DNA of 64,000 nucleotides, taken from the NCBI GenBank assembly GCA_951406725.2, contig OX597821.1:39122001-39186000 (forward strand), in the 5' to 3' direction. This stretch comes from Octopus vulgaris (lineage: Eukaryota). Within the stretch, counting starts at the first letter, position 1, and each line of letters begins with the position of its first letter. Below, piece by piece: positions 1 to 13,892 of this stretch. The translations under genes and the position numbers were made by a program. The notes below the pieces were generated by a model. The model did no database searches and was not told the origin of the DNA. It worked only from the letters and a program-made list of their open reading frames with translations.

Positions 1-439
1 AAGAACTCTTTAAAAATTTTGTAGATCGACTGAGGCAAAATGGAGAAAATTCTTCTTAACTACAGAATTATCAAAGCAGAAGGAGCAATCATGATACACT
101 GAAAAAACATGAGTTAACATATGATCACCTGATAGAAATAATAGAGAAGTCGGTGGTTTCTTCAGTAGCAGACAGGCTTCTTCCTATTTATTATCTGTCT
201 AGATTACATCCTTCCGTCTGCCTTCATCACTCATCCACAACAACAATAGATGCTAATCTACTGATGGTGGCACTGTTGTTGTAGATACCATTTCTGAAGC
301 CATCTTCTATCAACACAACTTTAAACAAGAGACAAGAGATATTCACTTTTATCTCAATATGTCAAACACTAAATAAAGCTGCAATCATTTAACAATATCA
401 ATAAGCACAATCAAGCAAAATCCTTTAAAATCAGCAAAC

Positions 440-812
440 ATCATTGTATACACTTGAAAACAATATCTCAGTCACAGAAAGGGAACAAAAAAAACGTCAT
501 CTTGTAAATGCAGGCACTGTCTTGGATAGCCTTGGTGTCTTCTGGAAGTCATTGCTATACTATGAGCTTAAAGAGAGACTTCTTTCATGCCACTTTCAAA
601 TCAAAAGTATTTTACAGATCTATTGCTTGGACACTCATCAAATATTGGCAAGGCATGAGGGTGCTTGCACCAGCACATTACAAGGCGGTTCTGAATATCT
701 CCTTGGCAAAGCAGCTGACCAAAGAAAGACTGTATGGACATCTCATTATCACTGATGCCATTACCGAGAAATGCACTTGTATCTTCAAGACATTGCTGGA
801 AAGTTCAGCAAC
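440..812 (+). mobile_element. Old, frameshifted RTE/RTEX-like LINE ORF2 C-terminal fragment
   Basis: ORF 508..891 contains LKRDFFHATFKSKVFYRSIAWTL and KAVLNISLAKQLTKERLYGHL, resembling the post-RT motifs of RTE-type LINEs (FF.A.V.S.LLYG...WTL; LR.VLNISW...T...LYG.L). It is cut off by the younger repeat at 826. Confidence 0.6.
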
Positions 813-825
813 ACACATCCATGGC

Positions 826-1290
826 CACCATCATCATCATCATCATCGTTTAATGTCTGCTTTCCATGTTAGCATGGGTTGGACGATTTGACTGCGGGCT
901 GGCGAACCAGATGGCTGCACCAGGCTTCAATCTTGATCTGGCAGAGTTTCTACAGCTGGATGCCCTTCCTGACGCCAACCACTCCGAGAGTGTAGTGGGT
1001 GCTTTTTACGTGCCACGGGCATGGGAGCCAGTCAGGCAGTGCTGACAACGACCTTGCTCAAATCTTTTACACATGGCACCGGCACAGGTGCCAGTAAGGC
1101 GATGCTGGTAATGATCTCACTTGAATGGTGCTTTTTACGTGCCACCGGCACGGAGGCCAGATAGCCACTCTGGCAATGATCATGCTCAGATGGTGCTCTT
1201 AACACCCTACTAGCATGAGGCTCGAGTGCTAGTAAGGCGAGGCTGATAACGATCACACTCGTATGGTGCTCTTTGCACCCCGCTATCACA
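826..1290 (-). mobile_element. RTE-clade LINE 3' end (family A) with (GAT)n tail and internal ~60-bp tandem units
   Basis: (CAT)n followed by cgtttaatgtc..ccatg(c/t)tagcatgggttggac..ctacagctggatgcccttcct..ccaaccactccgagagtgtagtgggtgctttttacgtgccac, shared with about 10 other copies. The copy at 7490-8353 links this sequence to RTE coding sequence. Confidence 0.85.
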
Positions 1291-2475
1291 GATGATTTTG
1301 ATTTTGATATGTGTAAGTGTAAGTGTACCAAATACACTCACATGGCTATAGTAGTAGCCATTTGTCCAAGGTGTGATGCAGTGAAACTGAACCCAAAAGT
1401 ACTGGGTTTGGAAGGGAACTTGTCATTTATGTAGCCATACCTATCCATATGTTTTTTCAAAGGTAATTTTTATAGTGGCCAACAAATTATCTGTTTGAAT
1501 AAATATAATCTCAATAAATCACTTAATAGTTTTCAGATAATTATAAATATGATTATAAAATATAAATCAGTAAATAACTTTTATAAATCATTAATAAAAA
1601 CATACGGGGTCCTTATTTATGACTGAAGGGGTTTCTAAATATATCAAAATAAAAGGGATTTCATTTTGATTTTGTCAAGAAACAAAAATACACTTTCTAT
1701 GAATGTTTTATGATGCTAGAGTGGAATTGAAGTGAAGAAAATTTTGTTAAAAAACAATTAAATTATCAAATATATTCATAAATATTCCATAATTTTACTT
1801 CTTATAAAGTAGCAATAATTAAAGTTTGTCTGTGGCCAGATAAACAATATGGAGTCAGAGACTGCAGTGATTAGAAAAGAGAGAACCGCTGCCAAAATAG
1901 CAAATAAATGGTATCTCTTCTTGAGGTGGTAATTAAATAGTAAAAATATAAGAGCCAGTCATAAAAAAATAGTTTGAATAATTTATAGGAATAGACAAAC
2001 TTGATGAAGCATCAAACCTAATCTTGGTAAAGGAACATTGTACATGGGTGAGCGTTGTTTTATTAAGATCATAACTACTACAGTATGTTATTTATTGGAA
2101 AATAAATTACTTGTATGTAAGTCTAACGTGATGAGGGTAAGTGAACTATTGTATCATCATCATCATCATCATCGCTGTTGCTTCATCTTAACTCAATTGA
2201 GGGAATTATAGAAGTAAATAAGTTATTTGTCAGATGACTAGTGTGTGAGTCTGGGTGAAGCTAACTAAATTGTTGATAAGATAACTTAGTTGTGTTTGTG
2301 ATGTAGTTATAGACAATTAACTTATCTGAACAGCACAGAACTGTTTGTGGAGAACACTGAAACATAATCATTTAGCTTGAGCCAATCGTTTCAAAGTCTG
2401 GAATCAATGCTCCCCAAATTCCACATCATACTCGATAGTTTTCTAAATATTATGGAACAAAAGCAGCCAAGGTTT

Positions 2476-2738
2476 ACACACACACACACACACACACACA
2501 CGCATGCACGTACATACACAGACATATGCACAATCACATACATGCATGCACACACACACATACACACACACACATATGCACATATAAGTACATATGTACA
2601 CACAAATTCACACACACACACATGCATGTACATATACAGACATATTCACAATCGCATACATGCATGCACATACACACACATATGCACAAATAAGTACATA
2701 TGTACACACCCACACAAATTTGCACACACACACACACA
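2476..2738. repeat. Compound (CA)n/(CATA) microsatellite with an internal ~118-bp duplication
   Basis: Direct reading; the block catgca.gtacata.acagacatat.cacaatc.catacatgcatgcaca..ataagtacatatgtacacac occurs twice. Confidence 0.85.
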
Positions 2739-3688
2739 TGGACTTCAGTAGAGCTGCATACACTTCCATCCACCAGCTTACCTAATGCTTTAAGATCACA
2801 TTTAGCTCAGACTGAAGTACAGACCTTTCAGCGAATCTTTCCCTCCTGATTATTAAAAGATAAAACTTTAAAATGTTTAATCTTGCAGCAATCTATCAAA
2901 ACATGATTACATTATCAAGTTTTCGGGCATTTACATTTAAATAATTAAATGTAAACATTGCGAAATTAATTGCTCTGGCTATAAACAGACAGATAATCGA
3001 GTAAGAGAGAGATTCTACTGAAATGTGGAATACGTCCATCTTTATCGACGTTTTAATTGTTTATTATTATTTTTATGAATCTATAATTTTGATTGATGAG
3101 AAAATATTATTTTGGTAAATGCTGGTTGTAATAGCATGGTCTTATCTGATGTGAGTAAGTTGGTATGTTGTTGTCAAACCATTCTGTCTCAGATGTCATT
3201 TATTCTTTGAAAGAAATCACTTGGCTGGATATATTGAACACAATCAATTTTACTTCCTGAAATCATTTTCTATGCTTATATTTATAATCATTATTAATAT
3301 CTTAGTAAATGCTTTAACTAAATGTTGTCATAATTTATCGAATCAAATTCAAGATTTCCTCGTATCACATAGAAAATATTAATTAATCGAGAATTAAAAC
3401 TATTATTTGTTGTTCATTCTTAACAAAGCAACTAATTTTTTACCCCTTAAACTGTCTCTGAAATATCAAAACAAAGTCAGAAGGGCAGAAATACAGACAA
3501 AAATATTGAAGAATTATTTTTAGATTGATAATATTTTGGTTTTGTTGTACAATTGTTTTTGATAATTAGTGGAACTTGTTTAACGGTTGTCATAGTGATA
3601 TGTTACTGACAATATAACAGACATAATTATTATCTGGAAAATTTGGTTCTTGGCTAAAGAAGTAATTCAACTGAAATCATTATTATCA

Positions 3689-3723
<35 letters not shown>

Positions 3724-4744
3724 GGTATACAATATATTGTGGTTGTTATGGTCCCTCCTCAATCCTGATTAGTCCTTTGTCCTGTCAGAAAAAAAATCAG
3801 AGGTGATACACTGACCCCCATTTTCCCAGTTTTACAAATTCTCTAACTGAAGTCCATACTGCACACTCTGACAGGCAGTGATGTAATGTATAAAGTGCAA
3901 TGTGTCAGACCTCCATAGTTTACACTTTCTCATCTGGCCATTCTTGTTCCTCCTCCTCCTCCTCCTCCTCGTCTAACGTCTGTGCTCCAGACTGGCATGG
4001 AATGAGTGATTTGATAGGATGTTCATTGTGCTTGAATGTCTGCTTTGGCCTGGTTTCTATGACTAGGGGGTAAAAAGCAGCCAGCCCCCTGAACAGCGTC
4101 ATGATGGGCAATAGAAGTAGTACCGAGATAACAGGGGGGGGGGAGATGTTCCGTAAGAGTGTGAGGAGAGATGTTTAGAGATGGAGAACAAGAGACTGTA
4201 GCAAGAAATGGTGAGAGATTATTGCAAACCAACTGTAATTTCTTGGAAAGTGACATCTTGTCAGATATTCTTTAGACTTTGGGCCCAGATCCCATTATTC
4301 TTAGCAGACATTTTTTTATCCTTTAATCCGTAATCCAGTAATACTTGTAAATATTTAAACTCTTTTAAACTTGAGAATTTGGACATGGTAGAGTTAGCAC
4401 TGGTTTTTTAAAGCACAATTTCTTTTAACTTTTTGAATAAAAATGTGGAGACACAGGGGATTCAAGGGGTGTACAATTTTGGAGAAAGGGTCAAAATGCG
4501 CTAAAGGTTTCTGATGACTTCAGCAAAAAAAAAAAAAAAAAAAGAAAAAGACAATTGTAAAAGAATTAGAAAACTGGGAACCCTTTTAATACCAGCACAT
4601 TCATGACCATCCTCTTAGTTCTTTGGAAAAAATTTCTGGTTTGAAACGATCTTTATTAAAATTTCACATTGACTTATGTTGTAAACATCAGCCTAATAAA
4701 GACAAAGTAATTTTACTACATTGTTTATTATTTTTGAAATTAAC

Positions 4745-5200
4745 GTGGCCGATGCCAGCGCCGCCTCGACTGGCTTCCGTGTCGGTGGCACATAAAAAGC
4801 ACCATCTGAATCGTAGCCGAAGCCAGTGCCGCCTCGACTGGCTTCCATAAAATGCACCATCCGAATTGTGGCCGATGCCAGCGCCACCTCAACTGGCTTC
4901 CATGTCGGTGGCACGTAAAAAGCACCATCCGAATCGTAGCCGAAGCCAGTGCCGCCTTGACTGGCTTCCATAAAATGCACCAATCCAACCGTGGCCAATG
5001 CCAGCCTCACCTGGCACCAGTGCAGGTGGCACGTAAAAAGCACCCACTACACTCACGGAGTGGTTGGCATTAGGAAGGGCATCCAGCTGTAGAAACTTTG
5101 CCAGATAAGACCAGAGCCTGGTGCAGCCTTCTGGCTTCCCAGATCCCCGGTCGAACTGTCCAACCCATGCTAGCGTGGAGAACGGACGTTGAACGATGAA
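4745..5200 (+). mobile_element. RTE-clade LINE 3' end (family A)
   Basis: Reverse complement of the family A sequence; tandem units gtggcacgtaaaaagcaccatccgaatcgt..; ends cccatgctagcgtggagaacggacgttgaacgatga. Confidence 0.85.
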
Positions 5201-7410
5201 TGTGGGTGTATTTCAAAATGAATCTGACAACAAGGGGATTAAGCAAGAATAGATCAGAAACCGGAGGGAAATAATAAAGAAGAAGGATTTCAGAGATAAA
5301 GGAGATTTTCTAGTAAAGATCAACTTCTGACTATGGCAATAATCAATATATGAAATATCTATTGAAATCCTGATTGATACAGGATCTGACCACTCATTTG
5401 TCTTTGAAACTATAAATAAACTTGATAGATGATACCAGCAGACATTTGTTGAGAAAATATTTTAAAATTGCAGTGAGTTTGGTTGATCAATTTCCTGTTT
5501 AACACCTTCATACATTATCCTAACAATGAATTACTTTCATAGATTTGGCTCTAGAAAGAGTTATTATGAAAGCTCAAAAGGGCATCAAAAATTAAAGAGC
5601 TTAAGGTAGAGAGCTAAAGCCCAGGTTTTTTTTTTTTTTTTTACAAAAATAGAAAACAATGAGTTTTAATTAACTGATTGAATTGTGAATCAACAACTCA
5701 TACAAATAACAAAGTATTGATGACTTATTCTCTAAAGTAGAACTCAGAAAATGCTATGAGTGAACTGCACCTGAGAAACATCATTAAATATAATTAAGAA
5801 GAGAACATTATTATTCAACAGCCTTTCTGGCTTGCATAGAACTATTTGAATTTACAAGATTATTTTGGTTAGTCTGTTTTGATGTTTTATGAACAATGGA
5901 CTTCATCTGTCTTCTACCTGCAGGAACTGGTAAGTTCATGTTAATTGTTGTTGTAGAACAGATCCAGCAGACTTCAAAGCAACTGGGCTTCAGCCCTTAA
6001 TATCCTATCTTTTATGCTGATGGTGTAACAAATACTAAAATATTTTTCTTTTAAGGTGATAGGATTCGATTCAAGGGTTATCTGTTGCAATTTCTAGTGT
6101 GATTGAGGGACCATTTAGGAACTCTTTGATAAAAATTTATTCTAGCTCTTCAGCAGAGTTTTCTCCAAATTGTAGCAAAACTTACAACACTCTTTGCAAA
6201 TCTAGAGACAGATATTACCAATTGCTGCTTTCAAGAAATAAAAATTATTTCCAATGCAAAATTGTGGATGAACTGTCTACTTCTTCTTCAAAATGTCAAT
6301 GGAAAGCATGAGAATAGTCACAGAACATGAAATGGTTGGATTACCAAAAATCGTTATGATTAAAAGAATCTTGTGGGAAAACTTTTGGATTGATTAACTT
6401 TTCAGATTTTGATATTACTTTATTAAATAAAGTATGTCTACACACATAGCAGTTTTCATTCTCTCTCTCACTGTCTCTCTCTCTCTCTCTTTCCCCTTCC
6501 TTATGTAAAATTATTTTTATGTTTTGTTGGTCTTTAAATTTGTGGGAGACAAACTTTAAATAAATGCTGGATTTCTGTCAATTTTAACAATAAATATTAA
6601 AGTTGTTTGATCAAGTGAACTGTTGTCTCTATGAATTATGGCATGTGGACGGTTGATAGTAATTCAATTTATAGAAAACAGTGGACGGAAAAATCAATTG
6701 ATCAAAGTAACAGTTGGTTGGATCAACAATTAATTGAATTATAGTAAATATTAAACCAATTTCTTTTTAAAAAGGTTATATTGTCATGGTTTATAAGTTT
6801 CATTTTTTTTAAATGTAAAAACTGGTTTAATTTATTTGTGTGTGTGTGTGCTTACAGACAAAAAACTGTGCTGTCTAAAAACACCAATTTTAGACTGTGA
6901 ACACAAACGTGACTTACACATACACACAGAGAAAAAAATCGCAAAAAACCATACACATGTGCAGTTGGCCATAAAGTTTTTTTTTCCTAATTTCATTGAA
7001 CTGCAAATTTCTTGGTACAGTAAAAGCATTAGCACCATTTTTGAAATATCGATTCAATTACCACAGATTTTTTTTTTCCAAACAGCCACGACAAAGGCCA
7101 TAAAGGGACATTAATGTAAAGTACACCAGTTTTCACGCTGTAAATATAAACATCTCTCTCTCTCTCTCTCTCTCCCCCACTCTCATACATATACACACAC
7201 ACACATACATTCATATAGTATTTTAATAAAATTATTTTAATAAATCTTGACAATAATGCCGTTTCTCTTCAACATATTTTCTCTGTTTCAAATATTTGCT
7301 GTAACTGGAACCATTTATTTGAACAACTACAACTAAGAATAATTGCATCTCTATCTGTTGTTTTCAGTCAACTCAGAGTTTGATTGTAAACGGCTGAATA
7401 TACCTTAGAC

Positions 7411-8661
7411 CAGTGTTTCTCAACCATTTTTTTACCCATGCCACCTTTTGATTCCTCTTTTACTTGGAGGCACTCTCCTAGCCATTCAATCATCATCACC
7501 ATCATCGTTTAACGTCCGTTTTCCATGCTAGTATGGGTTGGACAGTTCAACCGGGGCCTGGGAAGCCCGGAGGCTGCACCAGGCTCTGGGAAGCCCGTAG
7601 GCTGCACCAGGCTCCAGTCTGATCTGGCAGTGTTTCTACAGCTGGATGCCCTTCCTAATGCCAACCACTATGTGAGTGTAGTGGGTACTTTTTACGTGCC
7701 ACCAGCACAGGGGCCAGAGGAGGCTGGTAATGGCCATGATCAGCTGGTGCTTTTTACACACCACCAGCACAGAAGCCAGTCAAGGCGGTACTGGCATTAG
7801 CCATGATTGGATGTTGCTTTTTACGTGCCACCAGCATGGGTATCACAGCTACAATTTCCATTTGATTTTTATCTTTATGTTGATGTACTTGACTCAATAG
7901 GTCTCCTCAAGCACAGTGGGTTGCCCTACAATCCACGGTAAGCACAGCAGGTCCTCCTACGATCCAAGGTACTTTTGAATGGGCTGGAGCTGGTTATGCG
8001 AAACTGGTGTAGGATGCAGCTGTGAACTCACTTTATTTGTCGGGTATATCTACAGCATATCTCCAGAGGTCTTGGTCTTTCCTCATTACCTCTGTGAGGC
8101 ACAACGTTCGAAGCTCATGCTTGACCACCTTATCCCATGTCTTCCTGAGTCTACCTTTACCCCAGATTCCTTCAACTGTTTGGAAGTGGTACTTCTTCAC
8201 ACATCTCTCCTCATCTATCCGTAGTACATGACCATACCAGCGCAAACGTCTCTCTTGCACGCCACATCTGATGTTTCTTATGTCCAACATTTTTCTCAAG
8301 GTGCTTACACTCTGTTGTATGTGCACACTGACATTACACATCCAGCAGATCAATGTTTACAAAATCATATTCTCATGATTAAATACTATTAAGAATTGTA
8401 TTAAAGAAATTGTTTAAATACTATGTATATTGTAGACTAATTAGAAAGTAATTTTTTTAAAATCTGACACCGTGAGATATTCAGCAACAGTACTTTGTAG
8501 TAATGATTGTTTGCCAACATAACATGGCAGTACTAAACCAGCTCTGCCATATTATGTTGGCAAACTATCTTTAGTATAACTAATTTATTACACATAAATA
8601 TTAACAGCAAAATCTTCTGTGGACCCTAGAGGGACTTACAAACTATGATTGGGAACCACAG
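7411..8661. mobile_element. hAT-type MITE interrupted by an RTE LINE insertion
   Basis: Imperfect hAT-like TIRs cagtgtttctcaacc (7411) and gattgggaaccacag (~8647-8661). The host sequence reads ..gccattcaat [RTE] caatgttt.. across the insertion. Confidence 0.55.
7490..8353 (-). mobile_element. 5'-truncated RTE-clade LINE: ORF2 C-terminus plus 3' UTR
   Basis: ORF 8033..8353(-) contains RRLRWYGHVLR and GKGRLRKTW..VV, the RTE/BovB C-terminal signature, contiguous with the family A 3' UTR and (GAT)n tail. Confidence 0.9.
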
Positions 8662-8984
8662 TCCTTGGCACTTGTGCTCCTAACATAATTCTTGAATAGA
8701 ATCAGTGTCCAACAGAATATAATGATGTTGATTATTTGAATGATATATCCAATCCTTCAAATAAGCTTTGATTCAATTTCTGTTCACTTAATTTCACTCA
8801 TAAGATTTGGGTAAACTGAAACTATGATATAAGACATTGTCAAGATGCCACCGAGTGGAATCGAGCCCAGGACCTCACCAATCAGAAGTGAACTCCTTTT
8901 CTACTCAGCTTTCTCTGTGTTGGGTCTCAAAACATTAACATGGGCAATATTTATTTTGGGTGTCTTCAATAGTAGTTTGTAATA

Positions 8985-9192
8985 GTGATTTCAAATTTTG
9001 GCACAAGGTCAGAGTGGGAACAAATTGATTACATCGATCCTCAGTATATCACTGGTACTTATTTTATCAACCCTGGAAAGATGAAAGGTAAAGTAGACCT
9101 CAGCAGATCTTGAACTCAGAGCATAAACACTGACAAAATGCTGCTAGGTATTTTGCTGAGTGTGCTAATAGTTCTGCTAGTTTGCCACCTTA
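8985..9192 (-). mobile_element. Degenerate tRNA-derived SINE (family B)
   Basis: Reverse complement of ggtggcaaactagcaga..ctgagttcaagatctgctgaggtctactttacctttcatc..aagtaccag. Confidence 0.7.
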
Positions 9193-9556
9193 TCATCATC
9201 ATCAACATCATCATCATTGTCCAGTGTTTTAAATCTGGGTTTTGTCCCTGTTAAAGGGTTCTACTTCAATGCCATAGCAACCGAGGTAGGCAGGTGCAGC
9301 CCACCCCAACCTTTGGGTTGGCTGGTGCCAATTCTCCTTTGCTATCATGAGGCTGTTTTTGGAACTGGATTTTCTACAGGGAGCATGCCCTTGCTTACTC
9401 CCAACCTCAGTTTCTAAACATGAGTGGTCCTGAGACCATGGCCTCTACCACAATTTTTAAGATATGTGGTGGAAAACTAGCTCAGGAAGGCAGGGACACT
9501 ACTCCCTGAGACCCCTTTCAGAGCCCCCACTCCTACCTTAGTTGTTTGTAATATTA

Positions 9557-9917
9557 TTCTTTTACTTGTTTCAGTCATTTGACTGTGACTATGCTGGAGC
9601 ACCACCTTTAATCGAACAAATTGACCCCAGGACTTATTCTTTGTAAGCTTAGTACTTATTCTGTCTGTCTCTTTTGTTGAGCCGCTAAGTTACGGGGATG
9701 TAAACACACCAGCATTACTTGCAAGCGATAGTGGGGTACAAATGCACACAAACACACACATGCATACACACATACAATGGGCTTCTTTCAGTTTCTGTCT
9801 ACCAAATCCACTCATGAGTCTTTGGTCGGCCCAAGGGTACAGTAGAAGACACTTGTCCATGGTGCCACGCTGTGGGACTGAACCCGGAACCATGTAGTTG
9901 GGAAGCAAGCTTCTTAA
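9557..9917 (-). mobile_element. tRNA-derived SINE with CORE-like domain, internal microsatellite and conserved tail (family C)
   Basis: On the minus strand: B-box-like gggttcagtccc, then gtggcacc(a/t)tgg(a/g)caagtgtctt (CORE-like), (GT)n, and a tail ending gactgaaacaagtaaaag. Parts recur at 13.9, 21.7, 24.0, 24.7 and 59.8 kb. Confidence 0.75.
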
Positions 9918-11152
9918 AATACTACAGCTTCAACATGGTGAAAGTAATTAATTATTACAAGACTATATAATAACACATCATCACCATCATCATTGTCCTT
10001 TTAATGTCAGCACCAAGTCAGTTTCAACCAGCAGATTGAAACATTCCAACCATAATAATGCTATTTTATTTTTAGACATATCTAGGATGACTTTTCCTAA
10101 TGGATCTTTTATTTTTTGAAGAGTGGCAGCTGGCAGCCTTCTCTAGCAGTTTCAAACATGAAGAGGGTTCCACATTGCTGACATGGATTGGACAGATTTG
10201 CTAAATTGCAACTGGCCACTTGCCTTCATCCAAACTCATTTTATAATGTGAAACCCAACAATGTGAAATCAAAGCTCACTTGATCTTTCTTTCATACAGG
10301 CACCATCAGCAACAGGTCACGTCCCTATTTAATCTGGCATTAATCATAATTCATATTGATTATTTAGTCTAGTTTTGTCACCCCCTACTGCATCTATTGG
10401 TTGCTCTCTTTTAGCTCATCAGTGCTTTGCCTTTCAAGCAGGTTTAAAGTCAAACACCCAATGGATTATATGCCAATGGATTTTAAATCCAATGGATTAT
10501 ATTCATCTCATTTATTTACATCCTTTGAAGATCTTCCATATTCACGGTCATTACACTTGTTATGTATGTTAATGTTCTATATTGTACTTCTTAATAGATA
10601 CGAAACCCTTTGTTGTCAGGAGAACAGTGGCATAGTGGGCTGTGTGTTGGCAGTGTTGGATGCACAGAGTGGCCACTTTATATAGATATGTGTGTGTGTT
10701 CACCATGGTCAAAGGGTATGATATATTTAAGGAGGAGAATAAACAATATGGCTACCACATAGGGAGGCTGAAATCCATCAAGCTTTTTTCTACTGTAGTA
10801 AAAATTCACACTTCAACTAATATCAACTCATAACAACTTTGCTTCATTCACTCATCATATTCTGTAGATATTCCACATCTAAAATGCCAGTACACTACTC
10901 CACAAGAAACTAAACCCTGCCATACTTTTAGTCTGGCACACGAATATCTGTCACTCTGCTACAGTTGAAATAAATAAAAGGTGGCTGAGTTTTCTCCTAA
11001 ATTTATATATTTTACAAGTCTCTTAATTAAACCAGCATTCTTGTTTTAATTGTCCTTTTTCAACTGTGTTTTTTTTCTTTCCATTTCAAAACCTATATTT
11101 TTATTTGTATATCATTATTGTCATCATCATCATCGTCAACACTACCACCACC

Positions 11153-11186
<34 letters not shown>

Positions 11187-13892
11187 TTATCCTGCAAAAC
11201 CTTAATTCCCTTCTACAATGCAGTTTTTCTCTGACATTTATAGAATGAATTCACAGCTGACTTACGCATCATAGGAAAACGTAAACATCAAATGTTTATA
11301 TACACATCATTAATATTCTAAATATTTGTTTTCTCTTGCTTTTCTTCATGGCACTGATGTCACTGCATCACTGCCACTGCGTCACTGCAACAGTTCTGGT
11401 GATAATGTTTCTGTTGTTTGTAGTAAGGGTGAGGACAGGCTTCTTCTCTATTTGTGATGGTTTAATGAGCAAATATTTCTAAATGTATGTTCTAATTATA
11501 TTTTCTATAAAAATATTTTTATTTTCAAACAGTTTTACAGAATGTTTTAAACACTATCAACAGTGGGATGCTATTAATTTCTTTTTTGTTTTTCCTTTTC
11601 AAATATGGATATTTTGCATGTTATTGGAACAAATATTTCTATCGTTGGCTGTCACAACTGACTACTACTCTGTGAACGAAATTTACACCATCGTCAGTTG
11701 TATAGATTAAGATAGGCAGAATTATTTACCTTGACTAGAAGTTCACAACAATGCTGTAACTAGGCCTGAACTGATGCTTTACATAACAATGGAACAGATT
11801 TACTTGCACATTTAAATCAATTGGAAGCATGTTTTAATATGAAAATAAAACTGTATAATTCTGATTATCTTTAACTTTTAATGTCAGTGAAATAAATAAA
11901 TATCCGAGACTAGAAATGAAAATAATTGTCAAAGTCATTGCTAACATTTAATGCTTTGCTGACTCAGTGAAATTTTCAGTTTCTGCAATTTGTAATTCTA
12001 TACTGTATAATTTCATACCCTAATCATAAATGATTGAATGAGTCTGTTTTAAACTGTAATTTTTCATGCTTTTATAGGCATTATTAAAGTCTACAACTAA
12101 TTTAATCTTCCAAAATAAATCATCGAGTGAAATTTTATATACTATTAAATTATTAAATCAAAGACAACCATCCAGTTATCAATTAAATCTGGGAAATATT
12201 AGAATGGTAAATTTGAAACACTCTTCTTCTATTGTGTTGTAGAAGAAACTTGTTACATGGAAAATAGCACTTTTCAACTATGTTCAATTTGTAGTCAATG
12301 AAACCAAACCAGTTTGGGGTGAGATGTGTTTTCCATTACACATGTTAGTGCTTTTGAATTGTATTTCAGTTTTTGAAACTAGACTGAGCTAGTGACGACA
12401 AATTCAGTTACCTAAGATATGTAGTTTTTCTTTTATTTCTTTTGGAGCAAAATCAATTGTACAATCTAGAATCTCACTTCTTACTAGTTCTATTTTGTGG
12501 TTTTCAACTAAAATAAATTTCATTTTTCAAATATTTTATTCACAAATTTTTGAAATGCTCCTTTGTCAAGAATTTAATTATTGATTTCTATCTTTAAGCT
12601 TTCAATATTTAATGCTTTTTTTTTATTGGTTTTCTTTTTACCTTCTTCTATGGCGCTGATGTTATAATGTGATGATTTACCATGATAAACAGCAAAAGTT
12701 ATTTTTTCTTTCCCAAGCCTTTATTATCTTGATGAGAACAGATTCTAAATTATGCTGTCCATTGCGCAGATTAAGTAAAAAAAAATTCTGCACTTGATAT
12801 TTCATTTTGGGTTTTATTAGTGTATTGCATACGATTTTATAGAAAATACAAAAATTATGATTATAAAGGCATTCTATACCTCAAGCCAATTCCACCCAAT
12901 ATCAGTAACATCTCTATACAGATATTGCAAAATAAGAAAACACACTGAAGCTTGTAGTTATATATAATAAAGTCAAATGGCTTGCATCCTTCTAGCTTTG
13001 CTCAAATATTTTACTTCAGTGAATGAGTTTCAAAGCTAAGCCTGGAATTTTGATAATGCATAACATCACGTTACATCTAGGCTAATAATTCTCATGGTTA
13101 TTCTACTCTGTGTAAAATGTACAGCAAAAATAGATAGGTTTATATCTCTCTACAATTACACTAAATACTTCTAACGTTTAGTTTTCTCTGAATCACTATG
13201 GCAGATGTAGCCAGATACAGTATTAGATTCTGTGATGTTACTGACATGGCCAGAGATAGGCACCAATCGTGAGAAAAGAACTGGTTGGCGTTGTGTGTGT
13301 GTGATAGCTCTGACACTGTAGACTGTGTTTACGGAAACGGAAAAGGATGTCAAAGAAGATGCACTATTATTACCAATATCATCATCATCATCATCACCAT
13401 TCCCATCTTCAGCTTCTGATTGGCTCCAGTGTGTTGCCTCGAGTCTGTTTTCTTTTCACTCTCGTAAACATCATTTCATTATGTTAACCCATTTTATTTC
13501 TATTTGGTTTATCATCTGCAGCCACTCAAACAATTTTATACATTAAACCCTCATCCATTATTTGTTTGTTATTCTTCTATTTAAACAGCCAAAACATACA
13601 CACACACACACACTTGCTCATAGACATGTATGCACATAAATACACACATTAAAAGAAAATCTCTGAAAATGAAAGGAAAATGAAGAATTATAATGATAGT
13701 CGCTTGTCCTAGACAATTGTTTTCTCCTTCCTCTTCGGAAGGAATGTTTTCACTTCATGTGTATCCATCTTTGTGTCTGCCTCTCTGTTATGTGTTATAG
13801 GAGATATTGCTCCATTATGACCACAACCACAAAAACCTTCAGTCAACTAAAATACTTCTACACACACACACATACACACACTTATATGTGCA

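Noticed and set aside
171-190. Shared motif gacaggcttcttc(t)ctattt also at ~11434
   Set aside because: A match this short with an indel is plausible by chance in 64 kb, and the flanks do not align.
2377-2785. HT/VC/YI-repeat ORFs here and throughout the ORF track
   Set aside because: They are translations of (CA)n/(TA)n microsatellites.
11690-11710. let-7-like GTTGTATAG
   Set aside because: The seed GAGGTAG is absent; only a short 3' match.
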